A stretch of 64,000 nucleotides of DNA, taken from assembly GCA_029259155.1 (NCBI GenBank), contig JAPDJI010000017.1:32001-96000 (forward strand), given 5' to 3'. Under the pieces are notes generated by a model. The model saw only the letters and a list, made by a program, of their open reading frames with translations. It was not told the origin of the DNA and searched no databases. Shown in pieces: positions 41,925 through 50,343 of the stretch. This DNA is from Candidatus Methanomethylicia archaeon. Its GTDB lineage: Archaea > Thermoproteota > Methanomethylicia > Nezhaarchaeales > B40-G2. Every line of letters begins with the position of its first letter. The first letter of the stretch is position 1. A program made the translations under genes and the position numbers.

Positions 41925-42476
41925 ATGGAGTCGAAGCCGACCGTTGTCCTTTCAGGACCTCGAGCTATTGTATGGAACTTGAAAGATGCAGCTAGGCTAT
42001 ATAAGGAGGGTTTTTACGGCAAGTTCGTAGGTGTAAATAAGCCTAAGACACCTGACCTGGAAAAACCTCTTGAACTCTCACTAATAGAGACCATCTATCT
42101 TCTTGAAAAAGGAAGGATAAAGGTGGTAGATGAGGAAGGAAAAGAGCTGAGCCTAGATGAGGTAAGGAGAATAGCTGAGAAGGAGGAGTCTTTTAATGAC
42201 CACTATAGGGTCTATAAGGATCTTAGAGAGAAAGGCTACGTGGTTAGGCCAGGACTCAAGTTTGGGGCTACCTTCGCGGTATATAAGTATGGACCAGGTA
42301 TAGATCATGCCCCCTTCCTCGTCCACGTAGTCCCTCCTAGCGTAAAGATGGATCCAATTGAAGTCGTGAGAGCGGGAAGACTTTCCCATAGTGTTAGAAA
42401 GAGGTTTATTCTGGCTACGACTAACCCCTCCACGAAAGAACTAAACTATTATATGTTCTCGTGGTGGAGGCCTTGA
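41925..42476 (+). CDS. endA: tRNA-intron endonuclease catalytic subunit
   Basis: LSLIETIYL, VYKDLREKGYVVRPGLKFG, catalytic Tyr/His in VY..GPGIDHA, and GRLSHSVRK. Confidence 0.93.
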   Translation: MESKPTVVLSGPRAIVWNLKDAARLYKEGFYGKFVGVNKPKTPDLEKPLELSLIETIYLLEKGRIKVVDEEGKELSLDEVRRIAEKEESFNDHYRVYKDLREKGYVVRPGLKFGATFAVYKYGPGIDHAPFLVHVVPPSVKMDPIEVVRAGRLSHSVRKRFILATTNPSTKELNYYMFSWWRP

Positions 42477-42533
42477 AGCGGAGCTAGGACTAAACTTAAA
42501 TATTTCCCCCCTTTTAAGCGTCGGGCTCGTTGC

Positions 42534-42836
42534 ATGAGATTGAAATTCGAGATATACAACGATAAGGATGAATGCGCAGGTTACATGTTACTCGAAGCCT
42601 ACCCTGAAGAACTACATATAGTGTGGATCAATGTGCATGAAACGGAAAGAGGGAAGGGCTTCGGCTCTAAACTTATTGAGCTCGCCAAATCTTACGCTAA
42701 GTTAAAGGGCTTAAGCCGAATAACAGGCTTCGTTGATACGAGCGCTGAGGGATATATTCAACGTAAACGATTCTTTGAGAGGTTTGGAAAGTTAACCTTT
42801 TCTAACAGAGCCCTTTCCTTCATTATCTTGCCTTAA
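42534..42836 (+). CDS. GNAT-family N-acetyltransferase
   Basis: INV...ERGKGFGSKLI acetyl-CoA motif; TATA about 30 nt upstream. Confidence 0.75.
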   Translation: MRLKFEIYNDKDECAGYMLLEAYPEELHIVWINVHETERGKGFGSKLIELAKSYAKLKGLSRITGFVDTSAEGYIQRKRFFERFGKLTFSNRALSFIILP

Positions 42837-43235
42837 ACTGCCAGGGGTCTCGAAGAAGCTAGATACATCCTCTACTATCAGGGTGTCCAGTCCTCTCTTG
42901 ATCTCGAGAGCCTTAACCCTTTTAGGACGTAAGGCTTCAACCATTACCTTACAGGCTTTCCAGGGATCTTTGCCTCCACATACAAAGATGTCGACTGCAG
43001 CGTATCCATATTCAGGCCAAGTATGGATGGATAGATGCGACTCGCCTATTATAACCATCGACGTTGCTCCAGGGTTGAAGAAGTGGGTTTTAACTTCCAT
43101 AATTGTTAGCTCAGAACTCCGAGCAGCCTCGAGCAATATTTTCTCAACTTCCTCTGCCCTCGTCAGCTTCTCAGGGTCACAGCCCTGAAACTCTATTATG
43201 AGATGCCTGCCTAATTCCACCCCCACAACCCCCAC
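42792..43235 (-). CDS. speD: S-adenosylmethionine decarboxylase proenzyme (could be the paralogous arginine decarboxylase)
   Basis: GRHLI and self-cleavage site E/SHLSIHTWPEYGYAAVDIFVCG; exact GTG start (43235, 43226 or 43220) uncertain. Confidence 0.88.
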   Translation of the reverse strand: MGVVGVELGRHLIIEFQGCDPEKLTRAEEVEKILLEAARSSELTIMEVKTHFFNPGATSMVIIGESHLSIHTWPEYGYAAVDIFVCGGKDPWKACKVMVEALRPKRVKALEIKRGLDTLIVEDVSSFFETPGSLRQDNEGKGSVRKG

Positions 43236-43688
43236 CTTTTTTTCCCGGTGAAGGCGGTGGGATAACCCTATGGGGTTGAGGGCCCCTACAAAATAAATAT
43301 TTCGTATGGAATGAAAGGGGTGTCGAAGGTGTTAACCAGGTTCTTTTTGTGGTCTTTATGTCATCACCTCTTGCTTGGCTCAAAATTTAATAGTTCTTTT
43401 TAATTTCTTGTTCATGAATATTTTCATCAAGCTTATCCTTTTTTAACTCCTCAAGTCTTCTCCCCTAGCTAGGTGTGTGTCTAAGCTGAGTTTCTTACTC
43501 GCAGGATTGATGAGCTAAGCCTATGCATAGGTTTATAGGATGCCTTAACGCTCTTCGTCGAGCTCCTCCATAATGGAGGAGGCGAAGGATTATCTGGGTT
43601 TAAGGGAGAGCTGGGCTCCAGGAGGGCTTTAAAGGTTTTTTTGTTTACCTTATACGTGTAATGCCATTTAGGTGATGGGTGAGGTTTT

Positions 43689-44396
43689 TCATGAGGGCTT
43701 AAATCCAATTAATCTGGGCAGCTTTCCCATCAAGCCTATGTGTCTTCCCCTTATTATCAAGGCTCCTCTAATGTATGGCTTCAAATCATCAGCAGCTTCA
43801 AGCCCCCGCTTTATAGAGCCTTCTTCGTCTTCACCTATGACAGCGTTACATACAGCCTTAGCTGCAGCATCAGCTATGGCGGCTTCCTCGGCCACAACAA
43901 CTGCGGCGTCAGCCAAACCTAGATTTATGGCTTTGCTTACGCTGGCTGAGCTGGTGGCTATCCCTATTGGGAAATCGCTTTCAGAGACCTCAAAGCCCAC
44001 CTTACCTGATAGGGGGGAGGGACCAGCATGCACAGCTATGTTTAATCTTTTGGGGGATATGGCTGAGATTTCTCCTCCATTCTCAACGACGCTTAGCTTA
44101 GCTCCAGCCCTAACCATATCCCACATTACCACTTCGGCTAAAGCCCCAGCCACCGCTGCCATAGGTCCAACTCCAGCGATCTCAGCAGCCTCCGCAGCTA
44201 ATTTAGCTGCGTGTGGTGCCCAGTCCTCTACTTTAACTGGTGATAAAGCTAGCTTGAACCAGGGCCTTTTCTCGACGTATTCATCCAATAAGGCTCGATG
44301 TACCAGGAGAGACCTATATGCTGCTTCTAGGGCTAGAGGGGTGTCGGTTAAGACCAAGATGTTACTTTGTTTAACTGTAAACCTAGCCTTAAACAC
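43689..44396 (-). CDS. UPF0280 (COG2122, ApbE-like) protein
   Basis: GVGPMAAVAGA, VENGGEI, GIATSS and G.ADA. Confidence 0.9.
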   Translation of the reverse strand: MFKARFTVKQSNILVLTDTPLALEAAYRSLLVHRALLDEYVEKRPWFKLALSPVKVEDWAPHAAKLAAEAAEIAGVGPMAAVAGALAEVVMWDMVRAGAKLSVVENGGEISAISPKRLNIAVHAGPSPLSGKVGFEVSESDFPIGIATSSASVSKAINLGLADAAVVVAEEAAIADAAAKAVCNAVIGEDEEGSIKRGLEAADDLKPYIRGALIIRGRHIGLMGKLPRLIGFKPS

Positions 44397-44406
44397 GCGT
44401 CTCCCT

Positions 44407-44790
44407 CTATAGCAGCTTTATGGCCCTCATAGGACAGGCATGTACGCAGGCCTGGCATCTTACACACTTACCTTCATCCACTTCAATAGCCTGCCCTGTC
44501 AACTTTATTGCGTCGACTGGGCATGGCGACACGCAGGCTCCACAAGCTACGCATCTAGATATATCTAATTCAAAATGTTTGGTTAGTTCCTTTACCGTCA
44601 CCCCTTCCTCTTTAAATGCCTCTATTACTTTTCCTACGTACTCGGCTTTTGGTACATCGACAAGGATCTCTCCTCCTCCAGGGGACATCTTGGCTTCAAG
44701 GATATTTACAAGAGTACCTGTCTTCAACACCACGCTGGCCAACACTGGCTTGTCTACGTGTTTTTTCTCGTATATTACCTTCAGCTTCAA
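44407..44790 (-). CDS. NIL domain plus 2x[4Fe-4S] protein (homocysteine synthesis partner)
   Basis: VNILEA motif, CVACGACVSPCP and CVRCQACVHACP. Confidence 0.9.
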   Translation of the reverse strand: MKLKVIYEKKHVDKPVLASVVLKTGTLVNILEAKMSPGGGEILVDVPKAEYVGKVIEAFKEEGVTVKELTKHFELDISRCVACGACVSPCPVDAIKLTGQAIEVDEGKCVRCQACVHACPMRAIKLL

Positions 44791-46307
44791 AGCACTCTCC
44801 TCCTTAATAGCCTCGCGATATCATCACTAGTCACTATGCCAACCAACTTCTCTTCTTCATCGACTACAGGCATTCCTGATATCCTATATTGTTGTAGCCT
44901 AGCAATTACTAGGTCAAGGGCTTCGTCAGGTCTTGCTGTGACTACCTTGGCGGTCATTATCTCCTTGAGGCTTTTCTTATCTTGGGCCACTGCTCTGGCT
45001 AAATCCCAAGAGGTGACTATGCCCACGAGTTTTCCTTCAGGACCTATGATAGGCACATGGTCGATACCATAGGTTACTATGAGCTTTGCCACTTTCTTTA
45101 TATCGTCCTCTGGCTTAGCGCTAACCACTTTAGTGGTCATTACGTCCTTTACCCTTGGCTCATATCGCCTTACTTCAAGAGGTTTAAACTCCTTATGTAT
45201 AGGTAAGAGCTCAGCAGGTCTGTTTAACGTGAATCTTCCTTCTTGGATCCATCTTTTTAGCGTTTCAGCTATCTCACGTGCGTAGGCTAAGCTTGACATG
45301 GAGGAGGTAGGCGCTTCACGGTCGCCAAGCAACACCTTCCCTGATTTCAGTTCAGCGTAGCTGACTTTCCTTAAAACAGGCCTAGCTCTTGAAGGGACGC
45401 CGTAATCCAATATTTCTGTAAAGATCTCTTCGTCTGGAGTAGCAGCGGTCTTAGCTACTTTCATGTTAATTATCGGTATAGGTATACCTATTCCTACGTA
45501 AAGTGTTGAACCATACCTATGGATGGTGGCCCCCCTTAAGTACCTTGGGTTCATTTGTTTTAGATCGCCCTTCACCATCAACGTGGCCAGGTAGTCTTGA
45601 GGTTTATGCTGAGTACCTTCACCTATAACGTATCCTATTCCTCCTCCGAGAAAAATTCGAGTTCCTATACCTATGGTCTCCAAGCCCCTATCCTTATAAA
45701 GTGGGCTCAACTGTCCGGAGCCACTATACATCACGTTTCCGTATCTTGGAAGCAGTGTGCCCATGTATGTGTATAGTACTCTGTCGGTGCTGTTGGTGGC
45801 AGCGTTGTATCTCTGATAGGCATTTCTAGGATTGACGAGAACCGCTTGATTTAGGTCATCTATGGTTATGACGGTTTCAAGGTATCTTCTCGGATAACAA
45901 TCGGTAGGAAAGCCTTCAGCTCTAAGCTCTACTTCTTTATGACTTACTAAGTCCTCTATGACATGTCCTCCACCATACTCTATGCCTCGACTCTCGCTTA
46001 TGGCTGTAGCTCCTATGTAAGCATCGACTGCAGCTAGCCCTTTATAGGCTGGAACATCATTAAGCCAGCACTTAAACATCTTTATGGGCGGATCGCTATG
46101 ACCAAAATTCAGGAAGGCACCTGAGCTACACATTGCCCCAAAGGTGCCTGTGGTAACTACATCTACCTCCTTAGCGGCTTTTTCCACTCCATAGCGGCGG
46201 ACATACTCCACATATTCGTCAGCGGTCATTACAACTACGTCGCCTTTCCTTATCTTCTCGTTGACCTCCTCATATTTCCTAAGAACCTCCACCCCCCTAG
46301 GTTCCAT
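44787..46307 (-). CDS. L-aspartate-semialdehyde sulfurtransferase (DUF39 plus CBS pair), homocysteine biosynthesis
   Basis: VDVVTTGTFGAMCSSGA, GLAAVDAYIGAT, GTRIFLGG and two C-terminal CBS domains. Confidence 0.92.
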   Translation of the reverse strand: MEPRGVEVLRKYEEVNEKIRKGDVVVMTADEYVEYVRRYGVEKAAKEVDVVTTGTFGAMCSSGAFLNFGHSDPPIKMFKCWLNDVPAYKGLAAVDAYIGATAISESRGIEYGGGHVIEDLVSHKEVELRAEGFPTDCYPRRYLETVITIDDLNQAVLVNPRNAYQRYNAATNSTDRVLYTYMGTLLPRYGNVMYSGSGQLSPLYKDRGLETIGIGTRIFLGGGIGYVIGEGTQHKPQDYLATLMVKGDLKQMNPRYLRGATIHRYGSTLYVGIGIPIPIINMKVAKTAATPDEEIFTEILDYGVPSRARPVLRKVSYAELKSGKVLLGDREAPTSSMSSLAYAREIAETLKRWIQEGRFTLNRPAELLPIHKEFKPLEVRRYEPRVKDVMTTKVVSAKPEDDIKKVAKLIVTYGIDHVPIIGPEGKLVGIVTSWDLARAVAQDKKSLKEIMTAKVVTARPDEALDLVIARLQQYRISGMPVVDEEEKLVGIVTSDDIARLLRRRVL

Positions 46308-46360
46308 ACGGCTCGCCGCGCCTAGGTTTGATATCTACTATTTAAAACTTATCCTTGGAA

Positions 46361-46381
46361 TTAATTACTGCTAGTAATTAA
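46361..46381. promoter_or_regulatory. Inverted repeat TTAATTACT-GCT-AGTAATTAA upstream of the TATA box of the homocysteine operon
   Basis: Perfect 9-bp arms with a 3-nt spacer; minus-strand TTTTAAATA at about 46339-46347. Confidence 0.5.
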
Positions 46382-46512
46382 GCCTCGACCATCTTGGCAC
46401 GCTTACACCTAGGACAAATGATACCTCCGGCCTCTTCAAGTTCCAGCATCCAGTCGTAAGGTCCTGTGGGAAGGACGTAGCCGCAAGAAGGACATTTATA
46501 TGCTTTAGGCAA
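46378..46512 (-). CDS. 44-aa zinc-ribbon microprotein, not in the ORF track
   Basis: TTG start after a G-rich SD; MPKAYKCPSCGYVLPTGPYDWMLELEEAGGIICPRCKRAKMVEA. Confidence 0.75.
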   Translation of the reverse strand: MPKAYKCPSCGYVLPTGPYDWMLELEEAGGIICPRCKRAKMVEA

Positions 46513-46566
46513 ACATAACCCCCCGCCGCCTTTTAAGGCGCTAGCTTATAAACCGTTTTCGCTCTT

Positions 46567-47028
46567 CTATTTACTTCGACTTAGGGGAGGCCTGAAGTCT
46601 TCCTTTACCACGTTGAGGACCATGCTAGTTGAAGTACGCTTTACATGAGGTATCTTGAGCAAGCTTTTTATGAACCTGTTGAGGGTATCTCTACTCTTGA
46701 ACCTTGCTATAACAGCTATGTCGAATTCTCCTGTCACGTCGTACACGGCGCAGGTATCTTCAAGCTTGGCTACCTCATTCTCTACCTCGACCAAGTGGCT
46801 TCCATCAGCTTGCAGCAGTATAAGCGCAGTTAAGTCATAGCCCAGCTTAGAAAAGTCTATGATGGGAGCAAAACCCTTAATCACGCCTTCAGCCATAAGC
46901 TTCTTTACCCTATTATGAACCGTGGCTACCGAGAGCTCTAACTCCTTAGCTATCTCTCTAAAGCTCTTTCTCGCGTCTTTCGAAAGAAGCTCCAGTATTT
47001 TTAAGTCTATTTCGTCCAAGGCTATCAC
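46567..47028 (-). CDS. Lrp/AsnC-family transcriptional regulator
   Basis: LDEIDLKILELL.KDAR.SF.EIA.EL..S.ATV..RV helix-turn-helix and VYDVTGEFD. Confidence 0.95.
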   Translation of the reverse strand: MIALDEIDLKILELLSKDARKSFREIAKELELSVATVHNRVKKLMAEGVIKGFAPIIDFSKLGYDLTALILLQADGSHLVEVENEVAKLEDTCAVYDVTGEFDIAVIARFKSRDTLNRFIKSLLKIPHVKRTSTSMVLNVVKEDFRPPLSRSK

Positions 47029-47050
47029 TAAGAGGAGGGCGGCTTAGGTT

Positions 47051-47959
47051 TTAAAGCTGGCTGTCCTCCTCGAGTAATTTACGCAAGCTCCTAGTTATCG
47101 CTTCATCAAGCTTAGCATACTTCCTCGTCCTTTTCCTACTTGTTCTGATGGGGTACCCCCCTATAATATCGTGAGCTTTTAAAGCCAACTCATCGGCCTC
47201 ACCTTCTTCATACCTCTTCCACTCATCGCTATGCTTAAAGGAGGAGGGCTCAGCCCAACCCGGTGTAAACTGGTCCAACTTATTGACGGGTATGCAAATA
47301 CATACCAGGTCCAACTCTCTATGTAGACTCAAGGGGCAAGTGAATACTCTTTGAGGATCCATTTTATTCTCTATCTTGAGTCGGCCACCCCTTCCTGTAC
47401 TGTACTTTTCAACAATATGTGGCTCTATTTTCCGCAAAACATACTCAACGGTCGCAAACGCTATGTCAAGAGGATTCATCTTTCTCCTTAACTCTCGGGA
47501 GAAGGCTTCATGATGTATCCTCACATGGGCTCCTCTCCCACTCCAGAATACTGACACCGACTTACATACTCCTTCCTTATCGAGTAAGGATACTAATTCT
47601 TGGCAAACCTTCACCGTGTCTTTCCAACCCTCTAGGTCATTATCTATGTCCCAGCAGGGGGTGCAGGCATATACGTTGTTCATTGAAGCTACATCGTACT
47701 CTGAGGACAATCTTCTATAGAGGTTAGAGGAAGCATAGAGAGCTCTAGGTCTAAGCTTAGCCAACCTTTTAACCAAGCCAACTACGTCTTCAGGGGCGTT
47801 TAAGGTTAAAGGTCTTTTATTTCTATCATACCGCACAAGGAGATATCTTCCTTTGCTGTCCTTTTGCGAGCAATGAACACTAACCCACCTATTTTTAGCG
47901 TAGTCAACAATCTCCTTTGCGACTTCTGGCTTCATGTAGTACTCCTGAGCCAGATCCAT
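47051..47959 (-). CDS. Archaeo-eukaryotic primase (AEP) superfamily protein
   Basis: Motif I WDIDN, motif II WSGRGAHV and motif III MDPQRVF..PLSLH. Confidence 0.7.
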   Translation of the reverse strand: MDLAQEYYMKPEVAKEIVDYAKNRWVSVHCSQKDSKGRYLLVRYDRNKRPLTLNAPEDVVGLVKRLAKLRPRALYASSNLYRRLSSEYDVASMNNVYACTPCWDIDNDLEGWKDTVKVCQELVSLLDKEGVCKSVSVFWSGRGAHVRIHHEAFSRELRRKMNPLDIAFATVEYVLRKIEPHIVEKYSTGRGGRLKIENKMDPQRVFTCPLSLHRELDLVCICIPVNKLDQFTPGWAEPSSFKHSDEWKRYEEGEADELALKAHDIIGGYPIRTSRKRTRKYAKLDEAITRSLRKLLEEDSQL

Positions 47960-47990
47960 GAGAAATCCCTAATCGTTTGAAACTAGATAA

Positions 47991-48743
47991 CTAGTAGATG
48001 TACCCCAAACCTTTCTCTGCTTCTTTAGCTCGCTTCAGCTGTTCATATTGTCTGTGAAGGTCTTCATCAAACTTCTTAGCTAACTCCTCTATCCTAGAAG
48101 TATCGATCTTAATGGCTAGGATCTCCTTAAGCGCCTTCACTAAGGTGGCGGCTGCCTTAATGTCTGGAGCATCGATGATATATGTTTCACTAAGCAAGCA
48201 GACTCCTTTAACTCCTCGCTGAGCCATATATTCGAGCAAGAGCCCGTTCATGCCACTTATACTGCTTCTACCTGGCATCACAGATACTCCCTTACTTACG
48301 AGTTCCTCAAGCAGTGAGCTATGCGTCGCTACGGCGTAGATTTTAGGTTCTTCCACATGTCTAGGTACGGGGTAGGCGGCCATCGTGAAGAGCTTTTTGA
48401 CTCCTAGTTCAGCAGAGGCTTCGGCTACCTTATCTGCAAGCATACGCTGTCCTTCAGCTGAGGAAGGCTGAGCATCACCGGTGAAAAGTAGTATGTCTTT
48501 CTCTTCAGCGTGTGCTAGATAGAACCTATAGAACTTCTTGTCTAGGAAGGACTCCATAACTCCATCATTAAATACCACCAATGAAGGATAGAGGTGAGGC
48601 GAAGTTACCTCGCCAATAAGAGAAGCTTTAGCCTCCTCTATAAGATAATCAACAGCTTGCTTAGCTACATATCCCATTCCTGGAAGTCCGGCTACCATTA
48701 TCAACTCATCAGCTTTAATCTTGCCGTAAAACTTGACCTCCAA
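47991..48743 (-). CDS. PAC2-family proteasome assembly chaperone-like protein
   Basis: GLPGMGYVAK.A..YL, GDAQP, ISGMNGLLL and CLLSET; C-terminal YIY. Confidence 0.88.
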   Translation of the reverse strand: MEVKFYGKIKADELIMVAGLPGMGYVAKQAVDYLIEEAKASLIGEVTSPHLYPSLVVFNDGVMESFLDKKFYRFYLAHAEEKDILLFTGDAQPSSAEGQRMLADKVAEASAELGVKKLFTMAAYPVPRHVEEPKIYAVATHSSLLEELVSKGVSVMPGRSSISGMNGLLLEYMAQRGVKGVCLLSETYIIDAPDIKAAATLVKALKEILAIKIDTSRIEELAKKFDEDLHRQYEQLKRAKEAEKGLGYIY

Positions 48744-48785
48744 CTTAACGCGCCTATGAAACCTAGGCTGCCGTAGATAAAAAAC

Positions 48786-49601
48786 TTAAGCATCTACATC
48801 AGGGTTTTCTAGCTCTGAGGTTTTCTTGGCCTCTAACATCCTCCTTACTACGCTCCACGGCAAAGCCACGTCCTCTCTCCTAAGCTCGACAGGACCAAGT
48901 ATTACTAATCCTTCACCGCCACGTATCTCTATTTCGTGTAGCCTAAGGTCGTGCGGGGTCTGCCTCATCTTCTCGATTAGTAAAAACCTCCTCAGCCTTC
49001 CTCCCCTCACCATTCTTCTAAACCTTATTATTCCATCACTTATGTGTTCTACGCCGAAGCCGAAGGCTTCGCTTGTAGTTATAGCGTATTGGGAGGTAAG
49101 CAGTATCGTGAAGCCCCACTGTGACAACACTTTCTTTACATAGTACGAGTGCCTTCTAGCCATGGCTGGTGCATCAAGCCAGAAAGCCGACATGCTATCG
49201 ACCACGAGCCTACCATCACCGTAACCCAGATGCTTCTTAGCCTCTATCACCTTGCTAACAAGCTCCTCGGGGTTTAACGTTTGTAATGACCAAGGCTCTC
49301 CTCCGGGCCTCATTAATGCGTCTATGACTATTAGTCGTCGATCCAGTATGGCTTTCCTAAAATCGAAGCCGAACTGGGCAGCTTGCTTAATAATGGACTC
49401 TCTACTTTCCTCAGTGGTTACGTAGATGCACTTATCTCCTTCCTCAACGCCCTTGGCTATGAAGTGTATGCAAAGCACAGTCTTACCTGTCCCAGGCTCA
49501 CCTGTCACAGCTACTACGAAGCCTTTAGGTATGCCTCCATGAAGCATCTCATCTAACTTAAGTACTCCTGTCGATACTATTTCTACCGCGCTTTCCATCA
49601 A
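48786..49601 (-). CDS. Single-domain KaiC/RecA-superfamily ATPase
   Basis: GEPGTGKT, YVTTEE, VVDS and EKMRQT.H. Confidence 0.9.
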   Translation of the reverse strand: MMESAVEIVSTGVLKLDEMLHGGIPKGFVVAVTGEPGTGKTVLCIHFIAKGVEEGDKCIYVTTEESRESIIKQAAQFGFDFRKAILDRRLIVIDALMRPGGEPWSLQTLNPEELVSKVIEAKKHLGYGDGRLVVDSMSAFWLDAPAMARRHSYYVKKVLSQWGFTILLTSQYAITTSEAFGFGVEHISDGIIRFRRMVRGGRLRRFLLIEKMRQTPHDLRLHEIEIRGGEGLVILGPVELRREDVALPWSVVRRMLEAKKTSELENPDVDA

Positions 49602-49635
49602 CCTAACCTCTGGGGAAAAAAGGTCTTCCTTACGT

Positions 49636-50034
49636 TTAAAGATACCTTCTTATCAGCTCTTCGAGCTGGGGTAGAGGCCTATAGCCTATAATCTTGCCCA
49701 TGTAGTTCCCATTCTTGAACACGAGAAGGGTGGGTACCTCCATGATTGCGTACTTTTCTACAGTGGCTGGATTGACATCTACGTCAAGCTTGCCAAACAC
49801 AACCTTCCCGGCATACCTCTTTGCTAGTTCATCTATTACTGGTGCTAAGAGCCTACATGGAGGACACCAAACAGCCCAGCAATCCACGATGACTAGAGGG
49901 TTCTTCTTAACCACCTCTTCTATGTTATGGTCACCGACTTCTATGGGCTTATCGAGCACCTCCTTTCTCCCCTCCATTAGTTCTCTAAGCATCCTTTTCT
50001 TAATGACCTCCAGCTCCTTATCCTCTTCACTCAT
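49636..50034 (-). CDS. trxA: Thioredoxin
   Basis: WAVWCPPC and the cis-Pro motif VPT; ATG 50034 preferred. Confidence 0.92.
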   Translation of the reverse strand: MSEEDKELEVIKKRMLRELMEGRKEVLDKPIEVGDHNIEEVVKKNPLVIVDCWAVWCPPCRLLAPVIDELAKRYAGKVVFGKLDVDVNPATVEKYAIMEVPTLLVFKNGNYMGKIIGYRPLPQLEELIRRYL

Positions 50035-50317
50035 CTTTCTCACCTTTCACGAAGAGCCCGCAATGACACCTACCTTTAGTTTTTACATCTTCCTCCATCC
50101 AGATGCAAGGGCAGATCTTAGGCTTATCCTTTTCAGGATCTCCTGTAACTACTCTGCAGGGGCAGTACCTTACACCATACTTCTCCTCGTTTCTCATTAA
50201 TCCCCTAAGTATGGCGTCAACCAGCTTCTCGTCGGGGTTCAGCTCAAATCCTTTATGTCTAGCGTATTCTTCAGCCCATCTCCTCAAATCTGCCAGTTTA
50301 TTTTCTACCTCTGTCAT
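50027..50317 (-). CDS. Ferredoxin:thioredoxin reductase catalytic subunit
   Basis: YCPCR...ICPC...CHCGLF; overlaps the thioredoxin gene. Confidence 0.93.
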   Translation of the reverse strand: MTEVENKLADLRRWAEEYARHKGFELNPDEKLVDAILRGLMRNEEKYGVRYCPCRVVTGDPEKDKPKICPCIWMEEDVKTKGRCHCGLFVKGEKDE

Positions 50318-50343
50318 ACAACCGACCTTGACCTGAACAACGA

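Noticed and set aside
43177-43383. Upstream ORF with a G GGA AAA slippery site that might frameshift into speD
   Set aside because: A -1 shift does not enter the speD frame, and the ORF starts upstream of the apparent TATA box.
43384-43688. AT-rich gap and 75-aa ORF 43481-43708
   Set aside because: Pro/Ser-rich with no motif or start signal; no repeat or element ends recognisable.
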